Positions 9,102 through 17,864 of a stretch of 64,000 nucleotides of DNA are shown one piece after another (positions within the stretch are counted from its first letter, which is position 1; each line of letters opens with the position of its first letter). The stretch comes from Chloroflexota bacterium (lineage in GTDB: Bacteria > Chloroflexota > Dormibacteria > DASZGP01), in assembly GCA_034666405.1 (NCBI GenBank), contig JAXDLW010000047.1:79579-143578 (forward strand), in the 5' to 3' direction. The notes under the pieces are model-generated. The model was not told the origin of the DNA, did not search any database, and saw only the letters and a list, made by a program, of their open reading frames with translations. The position numbers and the translations under genes were made by a program.

Positions 9102-9765
9102 CGCGCCCGCGGACGGCGGCGCGGCAGCCGTGGTCGAGCGCTTCAACCGCACCGAGCGCTGGCTCCACTGGGCCGTCGCCGTCCCGCTCATCCTGGCCAT
9201 GTTCACCGGGCTTTCCTTATTTGTGCCTGCCGCGGCGAAGCTCTTCGGCAGCCGCGAGATCGTCCGCGTCGCGCACTGGGTCACCGGGCTCGCCTCGATC
9301 GTGGTCCCGGCGCTGGTGCTGCTGCTGGGCGATCACCGTCGCGTGGCCACCGACGTCGAGGAGATCGACCTCTGGAGCGCGGACGACCGCACCTGGCTGC
9401 GCACCTGGCTCTCCCGGCGCACCGGCCTGGAGCGGGAGCTGCCGCCCGCCGGGCGCTTCAACGCCGGGCAGAAGGCCAATGCCGTCCTCAGCGCGGCGGC
9501 GCTGTTCTGGCTGGGCGTAACCGGCGTGGTGCTGTTCCCGCCGCTGCACGCGCCGTTCTGGCTGCTGGAGAACAGCCGCAACCTCCACAACCTCACCTGG
9601 TTCCTGCTGATCCCCCTGGTCCTGGGCCACGTCTTCCTCAGCGCCGTCTACAGTCCGACGCGCCCGGGGTTGCCGGGCATGTTCAGCGGGCTGGTGCCGG
9701 TCGCGTGGCTCCGGGAGCACCATCCCCTGGACCGCGTGGCAGGGCGGGGCGAACCCGGCCCTTAG
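9070..9765 (+). CDS. b-type cytochrome membrane subunit (PF01292-like, FdnI/HyaC type)
   Basis: Motifs RFNRTERWLHW, GRFNAGQK, conserved His in TM helices, 4 TM segments. Overlaps the end of the MsrP-like gene. Confidence 0.65.
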   Translation: MAMTSTHTSSSAPADGGAAAVVERFNRTERWLHWAVAVPLILAMFTGLSLFVPAAAKLFGSREIVRVAHWVTGLASIVVPALVLLLGDHRRVATDVEEIDLWSADDRTWLRTWLSRRTGLERELPPAGRFNAGQKANAVLSAAALFWLGVTGVVLFPPLHAPFWLLENSRNLHNLTWFLLIPLVLGHVFLSAVYSPTRPGLPGMFSGLVPVAWLREHHPLDRVAGRGEPGP

Positions 9766-9774
9766 ACTTCGGCC

Positions 9775-10170
9775 GTGTCCGCCCAGGCAGCCACCGTGGC
9801 CCAGGCCATGCGTCCCCGGCTCCCCAGCTGCACCCTCCGCACCCCGGTGATGGAGGTTGCGCGGCGGATGCAGGAGGAGGGCGTGCGGGCGATGATCGTC
9901 GCCAGCTCGGGCTCCGACCTCATCGCCGGCGTGATCACGGACCTCGACCTGCTGCGTGCGGTCACCGAGGGGCGCTCCGAGGGCATGGCGTCCGACATCA
10001 TGACGCTGGAGCCGCCCCCGAGCGTGAGCTCGAGTGACCGGTTGGGCGCCGCGATCGAGCGCCTCCGACAGTCGGGTGGCGAGCTCCTGGTCGTGACCGA
10101 GGGCACCCCGGCGCGACCAATCGGTGTGCTGAGCTACGCGGACATCGCGGCCTACATGGCGCGCCGGTGA
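9775..10170 (+). CDS. CBS-pair domain protein
   Basis: Two CBS motifs (MIVASSGSDLIAGVITDLDLL ; LLVVTEGTPARPIGVLSYADI). Confidence 0.7.
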   Translation: MSAQAATVAQAMRPRLPSCTLRTPVMEVARRMQEEGVRAMIVASSGSDLIAGVITDLDLLRAVTEGRSEGMASDIMTLEPPPSVSSSDRLGAAIERLRQSGGELLVVTEGTPARPIGVLSYADIAAYMARR

Positions 10171-10790
10171 GCGTGCTGGCCGCTGACCGCATCCCCGCCC
10201 CGGAGGGGGCGATAACGCGCCCGGTTCGCGACGTGATGCGCGCCGGCGTGGTGCTGATCGACGCCGACATGAGCGTGCGGGACGTGGCCCGCGCGATGCG
10301 CGATCGGGGCGTGCGCACCGTCCTGGCGATCGACATCTCGAGCGAGCTGATCGGCATGATCGACGAGCGCGCGGTTGCGGGCGCGTGGGCCGACCCCGAT
10401 GGGGTGACGGCGGCCGAGGTGATGGACCCGGACCCTCTCATCGCGGCGCCCGACGAGCCGGTCGGCGCGGTCGCCGCACGGATGCTCGAGACAGGCCGCA
10501 GCGCGGCTTTGGTGGCCCACCCTCCGCCCACCGAGGAATCCGGTGTCTGGTCGGAATGGAAGGAGCGCGGCATGCCGCTCGGGACACTCAGCGTGGCGGA
10601 CATCGTTGGTCGCCTCGACGACCTGGCGGCCGTGATCCGCGCGACCCCGAACCGCTCCGCCACCCAGGGCCGCCGGGTGGCGCCGCTGGTCGCCCTGGCC
10701 ACCATCCTCCTAGCGGTGGTCCTGGTGGTCGCGTTCCTGTTCATCTACGCGAGCGGAACCCACCATTACACCAACCGCCCTGGCCTGTAG
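10167..10790 (+). CDS. CBS-pair domain protein with C-terminal TM anchor
   Basis: CBS motifs (VLAIDISSELIGMIDERAV ; ALVAHPPPTEESGVWSE...LSVADIV) plus C-terminal hydrophobic helix. 4-bp overlap with the preceding CBS gene. Confidence 0.7.
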   Translation: MSVLAADRIPAPEGAITRPVRDVMRAGVVLIDADMSVRDVARAMRDRGVRTVLAIDISSELIGMIDERAVAGAWADPDGVTAAEVMDPDPLIAAPDEPVGAVAARMLETGRSAALVAHPPPTEESGVWSEWKERGMPLGTLSVADIVGRLDDLAAVIRATPNRSATQGRRVAPLVALATILLAVVLVVAFLFIYASGTHHYTNRPGL

Positions 10791-10796
10791 TGTCCA

Positions 10797-12245
10797 GTGA
10801 GGCGGGGCACTAGGCAGCTGGCGGGCGCTGCCGCGGGGCGGCGCGAACTCACCGGCTACCTCCAGGGGGTCCTGCTGGTGAGCCTGCTCGGACTGGGGGT
10901 GCGGGCGGTGGCGCTGAACCTGACCCCACTGTGGAGCGATGAGGCCTTCATGGCAGTGCTGATGCGCCGCTCGCTGCCCGCGATCATCGACGTCGTCCAC
11001 AACGACAACCACCCTCCCCTGCAGTACCTGCTGGTGCGAGTTGCCACCCTGCTGGGTGACTCCCCCTTCTGGTTGCGGTTCCCGTCGGTGCTTGCCGGGA
11101 CCGCCGCCGTGCCCATCGCCGCTGCCCTGGGCCGGCGATTGGGAGGCAACCGGGCCGGGCTCATGTCAGGAGCGGTTGTCGCCCTGACCCCGCTGCTGGT
11201 GCTGTGGTCGCGCGACGCGCGGATGTACGCGCTGGCCACGACCATGGTGCTGGCGATGGCGCTGGCATTGTGGCGGGCCGTCGAGAAGCCCACCGCCGGC
11301 AGGCTCACCGTGTACGGGCTCACCGTGCTGGTGGGCGTCTACAGCCATTACTTCGTGGCGCTTGCGGTGCCCCCGCAACTGCTCGCGGCGGCCCTCTGCC
11401 TGCGGCCATCGCGCACGGTCATCCTCAAGGCTGCCGCCGTCGCCGCGATCTCGGGTGCAACCCTCCTTCCCTGGTTGCTCTACGCCTCGCCGCAGTTCCG
11501 CCACGCGGGCGAGCCCTACTGGGCCCAGCCTCTCTCGCTGGCGGCAACCTGGTCCCAGGCCTCGTTCCTCGTGGCCCACCCAGGTCCCACGACGTTGCTG
11601 GTGGCGATCGTGGTTCTCGGGGTCCCCGCGGTGCTGGCCGTGGCGCTGCGCACCTACCGGGCCGCACCGGTGACCGCCCGGCAGGGCATGCTCTACCTGG
11701 CCGCGTGTGGTGTCGGGGGCATCGTGGTCCTGGCGCTGGTGAGCCTGCGCAAGCCGGTCATCGACGAGAGGTTCCTCAACCTCTACACCACCGAGCTCCT
11801 GCCCCCGGCCGGCGCGGCGCTGGCCGGGACCGGGCGGCGCTGGCTGATGGCCATGGCCGTCGTCCTGCTCCTGGCCACGACCGTCCTGGAGGAGGCCACC
11901 CTCCAGACACCCGAGGTACCGGTGGTCGCGGCCGCCCTTGCAGGCCGGGTGGACCCGGCGCGGGATGTCGTGGCGCTGGAGGGGCCGACCCTCTACTTCC
12001 AGGTCCTGTACTACGGCGACGAGGCGACCCAGCGCGTTGTCCGGGTGGTCGACCGGGCCGTGCCCTGGTACGTGGGACTGGCCGCCTTCCGCCCCGGTGA
12101 CATCGTCCCAGCCGTCCCGGACGCTGCCGGCAGCGTCTACCTGGTGCGCACCGCCGACCAACCCGGGCTGTCGATGCCCGCCGGACTGACCATGGCCCGC
12201 CGGCACTGCGCCCGGGGCGTCTGCCTGGAGACCTGGACACACTGA
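10797..12245 (+). CDS. GT-C fold membrane glycosyltransferase (GT39/ArnT/PMT-like)
   Basis: 482 aa polytopic membrane protein. N-terminal DE-containing loop (WSDEAF) typical of ArnT/PMT family, many TM helices. Confidence 0.65.
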   Translation: MRRGTRQLAGAAAGRRELTGYLQGVLLVSLLGLGVRAVALNLTPLWSDEAFMAVLMRRSLPAIIDVVHNDNHPPLQYLLVRVATLLGDSPFWLRFPSVLAGTAAVPIAAALGRRLGGNRAGLMSGAVVALTPLLVLWSRDARMYALATTMVLAMALALWRAVEKPTAGRLTVYGLTVLVGVYSHYFVALAVPPQLLAAALCLRPSRTVILKAAAVAAISGATLLPWLLYASPQFRHAGEPYWAQPLSLAATWSQASFLVAHPGPTTLLVAIVVLGVPAVLAVALRTYRAAPVTARQGMLYLAACGVGGIVVLALVSLRKPVIDERFLNLYTTELLPPAGAALAGTGRRWLMAMAVVLLLATTVLEEATLQTPEVPVVAAALAGRVDPARDVVALEGPTLYFQVLYYGDEATQRVVRVVDRAVPWYVGLAAFRPGDIVPAVPDAAGSVYLVRTADQPGLSMPAGLTMARRHCARGVCLETWTH

Positions 12246-12292
12246 GCGCGGGCGCGGTCCCGGCACGGGCTCGGCGCCGTCTCGCGCTCGAG

Positions 12293-13765
12293 GTGGTGGC
12301 GATCGTCCTGCTGGTGACCGCGGCCGCCGCGATGCGCCTGTACCAGCTCGACGGCCAGCCCGGCGGGCTCTACCCGGACGAGGCCGCGGAGGGCCTCGAC
12401 GCCTACAGGCTGCTGCACTGGCCCGGGTACCACCCGGTGTTCTTCGCGGATGACGCCGGCCGTGAGGCCCTCTACGGCTACCTCGTGGCCATCGCCTTCC
12501 GCGTCGCCGGCGAGTCGATCGTCGTGCTGCGGGCGACCTCCGCCGTCCTCGGGGTGCTGGCGGTTGTCGCGGTCTACGGCTGGCTGCGGCGCGAGGGAAC
12601 GGCGGTGGCGCTGGGCGCTGCGGCCTGGGTGGCCGGCGCGCTGTGGCTGGTCTGCATCTCCCGCGACGGCATGCGCAACATCCTGGTCCCGGTGACCTGC
12701 GCCCTGGCGCTCTGGGCGATGTCAGCCTGGGCCGTGCGACCGGGGCGGGGCCGCGCCCTCCTCGCCGGGGCCGCCATGGGCCTCGGGCTCTGGACGTACC
12801 AGCCGCTCAAGCTCCTGCCGCTGCTGCTGGTGGCCTGGCTGCTCTGGCTGCGGTCCCGGGACCGCGGCCGCTGGACGGCGCTCAAGGGTGACGTGGGGTG
12901 GCTGGCGGCAGCCTACCTGGTCGTGGGTGCGCCCATGCTGCTGACCGCGGTGATCCAACCCGGCCTGTACTTCGGCCGCGCCGTTGGCGTGTCCGTGGCA
13001 GAGCAGCACACAGGCCTCGGCGCCCTGGCCGACCACAGCGCCCGGACCCTCCTCATGTTCGCGCTGACCGGCGATCCCAACGGGAGGCACAACGTCGGCG
13101 CCATGCCCCTGCTGAACCTGCCGCTGGCGCTGCTGGCGGCCCTTGGCGCATGGCGGGCCTGGCGCCACCGGGACCAGCCGCTCGCGTCCCTCGTCCTGAT
13201 CGCGGTGCCGGTCTTCCTCTTTCCTCCGCTGATCGCCACCGCCGACGCCGCGCCTCATTTCCTGCGCAGCCTGGGCCTGGCGGCGCCGCTGGCGGCGCTG
13301 CTCGGGATGGGCTGCGCGGAGGTGCTCGAGATGAGCCTTGAGGGAACCCTGCGGCCGCTGCCCGGGGTGCTGCTCGCCGGGGTGTTCCTGGTGAGCGGGG
13401 CACAGAGCGCGGTCGCCTATTTCGGCCGATCCCCCGCGGATCGCGCCGCTCCCTACACCTTCAACCTGGTCCAGCTGGCGGACAGTGCGCGCGAGCCGGG
13501 GATGACCGTCGTCCTCATCGACGACTACCAGTCACTCGTCGTCAGGTACCTCGACGTGGAGGGGGTCGCCAACCACACCGTCCGCATCGCCGAACCGGTT
13601 GCAGGCCTTGGGCCACCACAGCACGAGGCGGGCGCCCCCTGCGCGGTCGTGGCACTGACCGTGTCCGACATCCGCAGGGCGTACGGCGACGGCATCGCCG
13701 GATCGGCCAGCGTGGTGGCCGTCGATCCCGTGGGCAGGCCCTCGGTGTGGAGGGCCGCCTGCTAG
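12293..13765 (+). CDS. GT-C fold membrane glycosyltransferase (GT39/ArnT/PMT-like), second copy
   Basis: 490 aa. YPDEAAEG loop motif, >10 TM helices. A GTG start a few codons upstream is possible. Confidence 0.65.
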   Translation: MVAIVLLVTAAAAMRLYQLDGQPGGLYPDEAAEGLDAYRLLHWPGYHPVFFADDAGREALYGYLVAIAFRVAGESIVVLRATSAVLGVLAVVAVYGWLRREGTAVALGAAAWVAGALWLVCISRDGMRNILVPVTCALALWAMSAWAVRPGRGRALLAGAAMGLGLWTYQPLKLLPLLLVAWLLWLRSRDRGRWTALKGDVGWLAAAYLVVGAPMLLTAVIQPGLYFGRAVGVSVAEQHTGLGALADHSARTLLMFALTGDPNGRHNVGAMPLLNLPLALLAALGAWRAWRHRDQPLASLVLIAVPVFLFPPLIATADAAPHFLRSLGLAAPLAALLGMGCAEVLEMSLEGTLRPLPGVLLAGVFLVSGAQSAVAYFGRSPADRAAPYTFNLVQLADSAREPGMTVVLIDDYQSLVVRYLDVEGVANHTVRIAEPVAGLGPPQHEAGAPCAVVALTVSDIRRAYGDGIAGSASVVAVDPVGRPSVWRAAC

Positions 13766-14232
13766 AGGCGGGTGGCCAGGACCTCGCGGGTGAGCTCGGC
13801 GACCGTCGCGCCGCGCTTGCGCTGCAGCTTCTCCCGTAGGTGGGCGAGGTCCATGGTGCTGAGCACGTCCATCACACAGTCGCGCACGTCGAGCCAGACG
13901 TCCTGGATCACGGCGATGCTGGTGCCGGAGTTGGGGTCCGGGCTGTCGCGCAGACAACCACCCGGGGTCACCGGGCCGTCGATGGCCTCGATCACGTCAG
14001 CCAGGTTGATCTGGTCGGCGTCGCGGGCCAGGCGGTAGCCGCCATGGGCGCCGCGCACGCTCTCGACGAGGCCGGCCTTGCGCAGGTCGCCCATGATCTG
14101 CTCCAGGAAGCCCTCCGGGATCTCCGCTCGGTCGGCGATCACACGCACTTGGACCGGGAGCTCGAGCCCGCCGTTGATCGAAAGGTCCAGCATGGCCTTG
14201 ATCCCGTACTCGCACTTGGCGCTGAAAATCAT
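13762..14232 (-). CDS. Rrf2 family transcriptional regulator (IscR/NsrR-like)
   Basis: MIFSAKCEYGIKAMLDL...LPVQVRVIADRAEIPEGFLEQIMGDLRKAGLVESVRGAHGGYRLAR is the canonical Rrf2 wHTH. Cys cluster (C..PDPNS...C) possibly for an Fe-S cluster. Confidence 0.85.
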   Translation of the reverse strand: MIFSAKCEYGIKAMLDLSINGGLELPVQVRVIADRAEIPEGFLEQIMGDLRKAGLVESVRGAHGGYRLARDADQINLADVIEAIDGPVTPGGCLRDSPDPNSGTSIAVIQDVWLDVRDCVMDVLSTMDLAHLREKLQRKRGATVAELTREVLATRL

Positions 14233-14256
14233 GTGAGGAAGTGTATGGCGGCGGGG

Positions 14257-14577
14257 TTAGAAAACCTGCAGGAACCCGGCTGTCGCCAGGCGCTCCACGA
14301 ACTCGTCGTGGGGCAGCACCTCGGCCGCATGGTGCACGAGGGAATGGGCGGCGAGCTCATCCACCTCGATCGCCCGGCCCACCTGGCGCAGGGCGTCGAG
14401 GCAGTGCGCCGACTCGGACCCGACGACAGGCTCCAGGACCCCGATCGCGTCGCCCGCGACCAGCAGGTCGGCCTGGCGGTCACCCAGCGAAAGGCTCAGC
14501 GCGGTGCGCAGGCCCTGCAGCTGCAGCTCGGCGTCAGGACTGCGCACCAATACCACCCCCTCCGGGTTCCGACTCAT
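14257..14577 (-). CDS. DsrE/DsrF/TusBCD-like sulfur-relay family small protein
   Basis: 106 aa, MSRNPEGVVLVRSPD...LLVAGDAIGVLE...C..., taken from the C-terminal part of the junk-extended ORF 14257..15099. ATG at 14577. Confidence 0.45.
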   Translation of the reverse strand: MSRNPEGVVLVRSPDAELQLQGLRTALSLSLGDRQADLLVAGDAIGVLEPVVGSESAHCLDALRQVGRAIEVDELAAHSLVHHAAEVLPHDEFVERLATAGFLQVF

Positions 14578-14582
14578 TCCGC

Positions 14583-14885
14583 TCAAACCAGCGACACCAC
14601 GCGGTCCGCGTCCTCGACGAGCGTCGCCCAGTCGTAGAGGGAGCCGAAGAACACACCCGGCTGGCCGGTCTTGTGGATACCGCGCATGGCGGCGTCGGCC
14701 TCGCAGAGGGAAACCTCGACGCCGGCCGCCGCCAGCAGGACCGCCTCCTCGAGCAGCCGCGTGGCGTCGCCCAGCAGGAAGAGACGCGCGCGGTGCCCGG
14801 CGGCGGCCGATGCCCGGCACAGCGAGGACGCCATCTCGACCGTCGCGGGGTCGCGATCGGAGGCCAGCATCAGGGCCAGGTTCAC
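14583..14885 (-). CDS. DsrE/DsrF-like family protein
   Basis: ~100 aa ending ...RLFLLGDATRLL...GVEVSLCEADAAMRGI...GSLYDWATLVEDADRVVSLV, typical of the DsrE/TusD C-terminus. Start chosen just downstream of the PBP stop (GTG 14885 or ATG 14870). Confidence 0.5.
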   Translation of the reverse strand: MNLALMLASDRDPATVEMASSLCRASAAAGHRARLFLLGDATRLLEEAVLLAAAGVEVSLCEADAAMRGIHKTGQPGVFFGSLYDWATLVEDADRVVSLV

Positions 14886-14890
14886 GGCCT

Positions 14891-17146
14891 TTAAGGGCTG
14901 GAGCTGGCGGCGGTGCTGGGCGAGGGTTGGGGCGTCGGTGAGGAGCGCGGCGGCGTCGACACGATGGTGGGGAACGCGCTCGGGACGCCGCCGCCGGAAC
15001 TCGGCGAAGCACTGGGCGATGCGCTCGGTGACGAACTCGCCGACGGCGAGGGCGTCGGGCACTGCGACGCGCTGTCACCGGCGACCAGGTACTCGCCACC
15101 GGGCGGGGCGTACTTGTCCTTGATGTCGATGTTGCTCTCCCCGCCCGGGCAGTTGCCCTGGGTAACCCCGCCGGGCTTCTGGAAGGTGCTCTTCCAGCGG
15201 TCCTTCATGGCCCGCAGGAACGGCGAGACGATGGCGGTGCCGTTGTCCACACCGAAGTAGTTCTTGGTGGCACTGGTCTTCTGCTCGGCCGGTGAGTCAT
15301 TGCTGTACGTGTGGCCCCCCCACGAGGCGATGACGACGTCGGGGTTGTAGACCATCAGCCAGCCGTCCCCGGTCGAGATGCTGCCGTTGGCATTCTGGAT
15401 GTTGGTGGTACCGGACTTGGCGGCCATCGGGCGGTCGAAGCCGAGGTGCCACTCGGCGTTGTAGTCCTTCAGGACGTCGTTGATGATGAACGCGGGGGCG
15501 GCGTCCATGACCTGCTGACCGGCCGGCGCCGGGATCGTGATGTCCTTACCCGAGCCGTCCAGGACCTTGAGGATGGGCTGCGGGGCGTGCTTGATGCCCT
15601 GGGTGGCGAGCACCCCGTAGGCCTCGGCATGATCCAGCATGGTCACCTCCGACGCGCCGATGGCGCTGGAGAGGAAGGGCTGGATCGGGGTGCTGATGCC
15701 CAGCCGCCGCGCGGTGCTCACGACCGCGTCCGGCCCCGCCTTCTGCATGGCCTCCTCGGCCGGGACGTTGCGGGATTCGACGAGCGCGGTGCGCAGGCGC
15801 ATCTTGCCCTCGTAGCGGCTGTCAAAGTCGTGCACCGGGGCCTTGGGATCCATGCTCTTGGCCTGGTCGGCGGTGTCGTGGAAGACGGTCAGGGTGTTGA
15901 ACTTCTTGTCGTTGATCCCAGACACGTAGACATAGGGCTTGAAGCTCGACCCCGGCTGCCGCTTGGTCTCGGGACAGGCGATGCAGACCTGGCCGGCGAT
16001 GCCGTCGTTGTTGAAGTCGGCCGAGCCCACCATCGCCAGGATCTGCCCCGACTTCGGGTCCTCCACGAGGAGCGCCGCGTTGTTGGCGCCGAATTTCGAG
16101 ATCTGGCCCATGCCGTTCTTCACGGCCGTGTCGGCCGCCTTCTGGACGTCGAGGTCGAGGCTGGTGGTGACCACGACGCCACCAGAGGCGGTCACCTCGT
16201 TGCCGTAGTCCTTCTCCAGCTGGCGCTGGATGTAGCCGACGAAGTGCGGCGCCGGCCCGGTGATGTTTTCGGCCTTGTACTTGAGCTGCGGCTTCAGGTC
16301 CTCCTTCTTGGCGGCGTCGGCATCCGATTGGCTGATGTAGCTGGCGCGCACCATCTGGTCGAGGACGTAGGTCTGGCGGTCCTTGGCCGCCTGGTAGTCG
16401 ACCTGGGGATCGTAGGTGGCGGGCGACTGGGGCAGTCCGGCCAGCAGTGAGGCCTGGCCAAGGCTGAGGTTGCTGGCGTCCTTGTCGAAGTAGACCTTGG
16501 CCGCCGCCTGGATCCCGTACGCATGGTGGCCGTAATAGATGGTGTTGAGGTAGAGCTCGAGGATCTTGTTCTTGTCGAATCGCTGCTCGATCTCGGTGGC
16601 CAGGATGGCCTCCTTGTACTTGCGCGTGAGCGTCCGCCCGGGGAGGCCGTTCGTGGGTGTCAGCAGCGAGTTCTTGGCCAGCTGCTCGGTGATCGTGCTG
16701 GCGCCGGAGACCGCGCGACGGCGGATCAGGTCGATCGTCATCGCCTTGATGAGGCGGCCGAAGTCGATGCCCGAGTGGGTGTAGAAGTTGCGGTCCTCCG
16801 CCGCGACGGTGGCCTGCTGCAGCTTCTTGTCGATCTTGTCGAGCGCGACCTCCTGGCGCTGCTCGCCCCCGCCACGGACCACCGCGATCTCCTTCTGGTT
16901 GCGGTCCAAGATGCGGACCTCACCGGCGTGGATCGCCACCTTGGCGGGGTCGGGAAGGCTGGCCGCGACGATGAGCGTGAAGACGATGAACAGGATCACC
17001 AGCAGGCCGATCACCGCGCCCGCGGTCTGGTAGGCGTTCCAGCCAAAGGGCCCGCGCCAGGCCGCGATGCGACCGCGGAAGCCTGGTCCGGAGCCTCGCT
17101 GGGGTCCCTGGCTGAGGCCCGCACGGCGGCGGGTGGGCATGCTCAC
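14891..17146 (-). CDS. class A penicillin-binding protein (glycosyltransferase + transpeptidase)
   Basis: N-terminal TM. GT51 motifs (EDRNFYTHSGID, TITEQLAKN). Transpeptidase motifs (SSFKP, SRN, KSGTT). Long Ser/Pro-rich C-terminal tail. Confidence 0.9.
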   Translation of the reverse strand: MSMPTRRRAGLSQGPQRGSGPGFRGRIAAWRGPFGWNAYQTAGAVIGLLVILFIVFTLIVAASLPDPAKVAIHAGEVRILDRNQKEIAVVRGGGEQRQEVALDKIDKKLQQATVAAEDRNFYTHSGIDFGRLIKAMTIDLIRRRAVSGASTITEQLAKNSLLTPTNGLPGRTLTRKYKEAILATEIEQRFDKNKILELYLNTIYYGHHAYGIQAAAKVYFDKDASNLSLGQASLLAGLPQSPATYDPQVDYQAAKDRQTYVLDQMVRASYISQSDADAAKKEDLKPQLKYKAENITGPAPHFVGYIQRQLEKDYGNEVTASGGVVVTTSLDLDVQKAADTAVKNGMGQISKFGANNAALLVEDPKSGQILAMVGSADFNNDGIAGQVCIACPETKRQPGSSFKPYVYVSGINDKKFNTLTVFHDTADQAKSMDPKAPVHDFDSRYEGKMRLRTALVESRNVPAEEAMQKAGPDAVVSTARRLGISTPIQPFLSSAIGASEVTMLDHAEAYGVLATQGIKHAPQPILKVLDGSGKDITIPAPAGQQVMDAAPAFIINDVLKDYNAEWHLGFDRPMAAKSGTTNIQNANGSISTGDGWLMVYNPDVVIASWGGHTYSNDSPAEQKTSATKNYFGVDNGTAIVSPFLRAMKDRWKSTFQKPGGVTQGNCPGGESNIDIKDKYAPPGGEYLVAGDSASQCPTPSPSASSSPSASPSASPSSGGGVPSAFPTIVSTPPRSSPTPQPSPSTAASSSP

Positions 17147-17216
17147 GCGGGGAGTCTAGCTGTCATTTCTTAAGCGATCGTCGGTGTTGCGTAATAGTCC
17201 GGGCGGCGTTGCCGGG

Positions 17217-17255
17217 GCAAAAAATGAGGCCCCACCACCGGAGTGGGGGGGCCTC
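17217..17255 (-). terminator. intrinsic terminator downstream of the minus-strand MerR gene
   Basis: On the minus strand, GAGGCCCCCCCACTCCGGTGGTGGGGCCTC hairpin followed by TTTTTTGCC. Confidence 0.5.
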
Positions 17256-17369
17256 AGAAGAGGGGGGACGCCAGCAGTCTAGCACGCACCTACGGCATAA
17301 GCAATAGGTTCACGCATGTAATCACAGATACTGTGGGTGGGACTATCACTAGGCCGCTCGGCCCAGTGG

Positions 17370-17699
17370 CTACATCCGGATTTCGGTGACGTCGATCTCG
17401 AGCAGGTCAGGGGGCGGGGTGACGCCCGCTTCGCGCAGCTGGATCATCAGGTTGAGGATGTGCTTGGCGCCGGCCAGGTTGACCCCGTGCTGGCGCGTGA
17501 GCCGCTGGATGGTGCGCAGTTTGATCACGTCCCGCTGCGAGAACCGCCTCCGGTTGGTGGGGGTCCGGGCGGGGGTGACAAGGCCCAGACTCTCGTACAT
17601 CATCAGGGTGCGCGGGTGGGTCGCGAGGATCTCTGAGGCCACACTGATGGTGTAGATGGGCTTGTCCAGCCCAATGTTCGAACCAGCGCTCACTGCCAT
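17370..17699 (-). CDS. MerR family transcriptional regulator, HspR-like
   Basis: HTH IYTISVASEILATHPRTLMMYESLGLVTPARTPTNRRRFSQRDVIKLRTIQRLTRQHGVNLAGAKHIL matches the HspR/MerR pattern. Confidence 0.8.
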   Translation of the reverse strand: MAVSAGSNIGLDKPIYTISVASEILATHPRTLMMYESLGLVTPARTPTNRRRFSQRDVIKLRTIQRLTRQHGVNLAGAKHILNLMIQLREAGVTPPPDLLEIDVTEIRM

Positions 17700-17864
17700 A
17701 CCGAATGGTGTCCCCCGGAGTTTTGGCCTAGTCTAGCCCGGCCCGGGGGAATTTGCGATAGTCCGTCTCCCCTGAGATGGTATAAAGATGGGGCGCGGAA
17801 AGCGAAAACTTGATAGCGTCTTGTCCATACTTTCGCCCCAGGCGGGCTGAGGAGGTTCTCGGGA

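Noticed and set aside
11166-12266. 366-aa minus-strand ORF
   Set aside because: Antisense to the GT-C glycosyltransferase; His/Gly/Arg-rich junk.
14257-15099. 280-aa minus ORF taken as a single gene
   Set aside because: The N-terminal 170 aa are Arg-rich junk overlapping the PBP gene; only the C-terminal 106 aa (from ATG 14577) form a plausible DsrE/F-like protein.
17700-17864. HspR operator (HAIR, CTTGAGT-N7-ACTCAAG) or a MerR-type 19-bp-spacer promoter upstream of the receiver/MerR genes
   Set aside because: No convincing HAIR-like inverted repeat found; a TTGCGA...TATAAA pair has a 22-nt spacer, so no claim is made.
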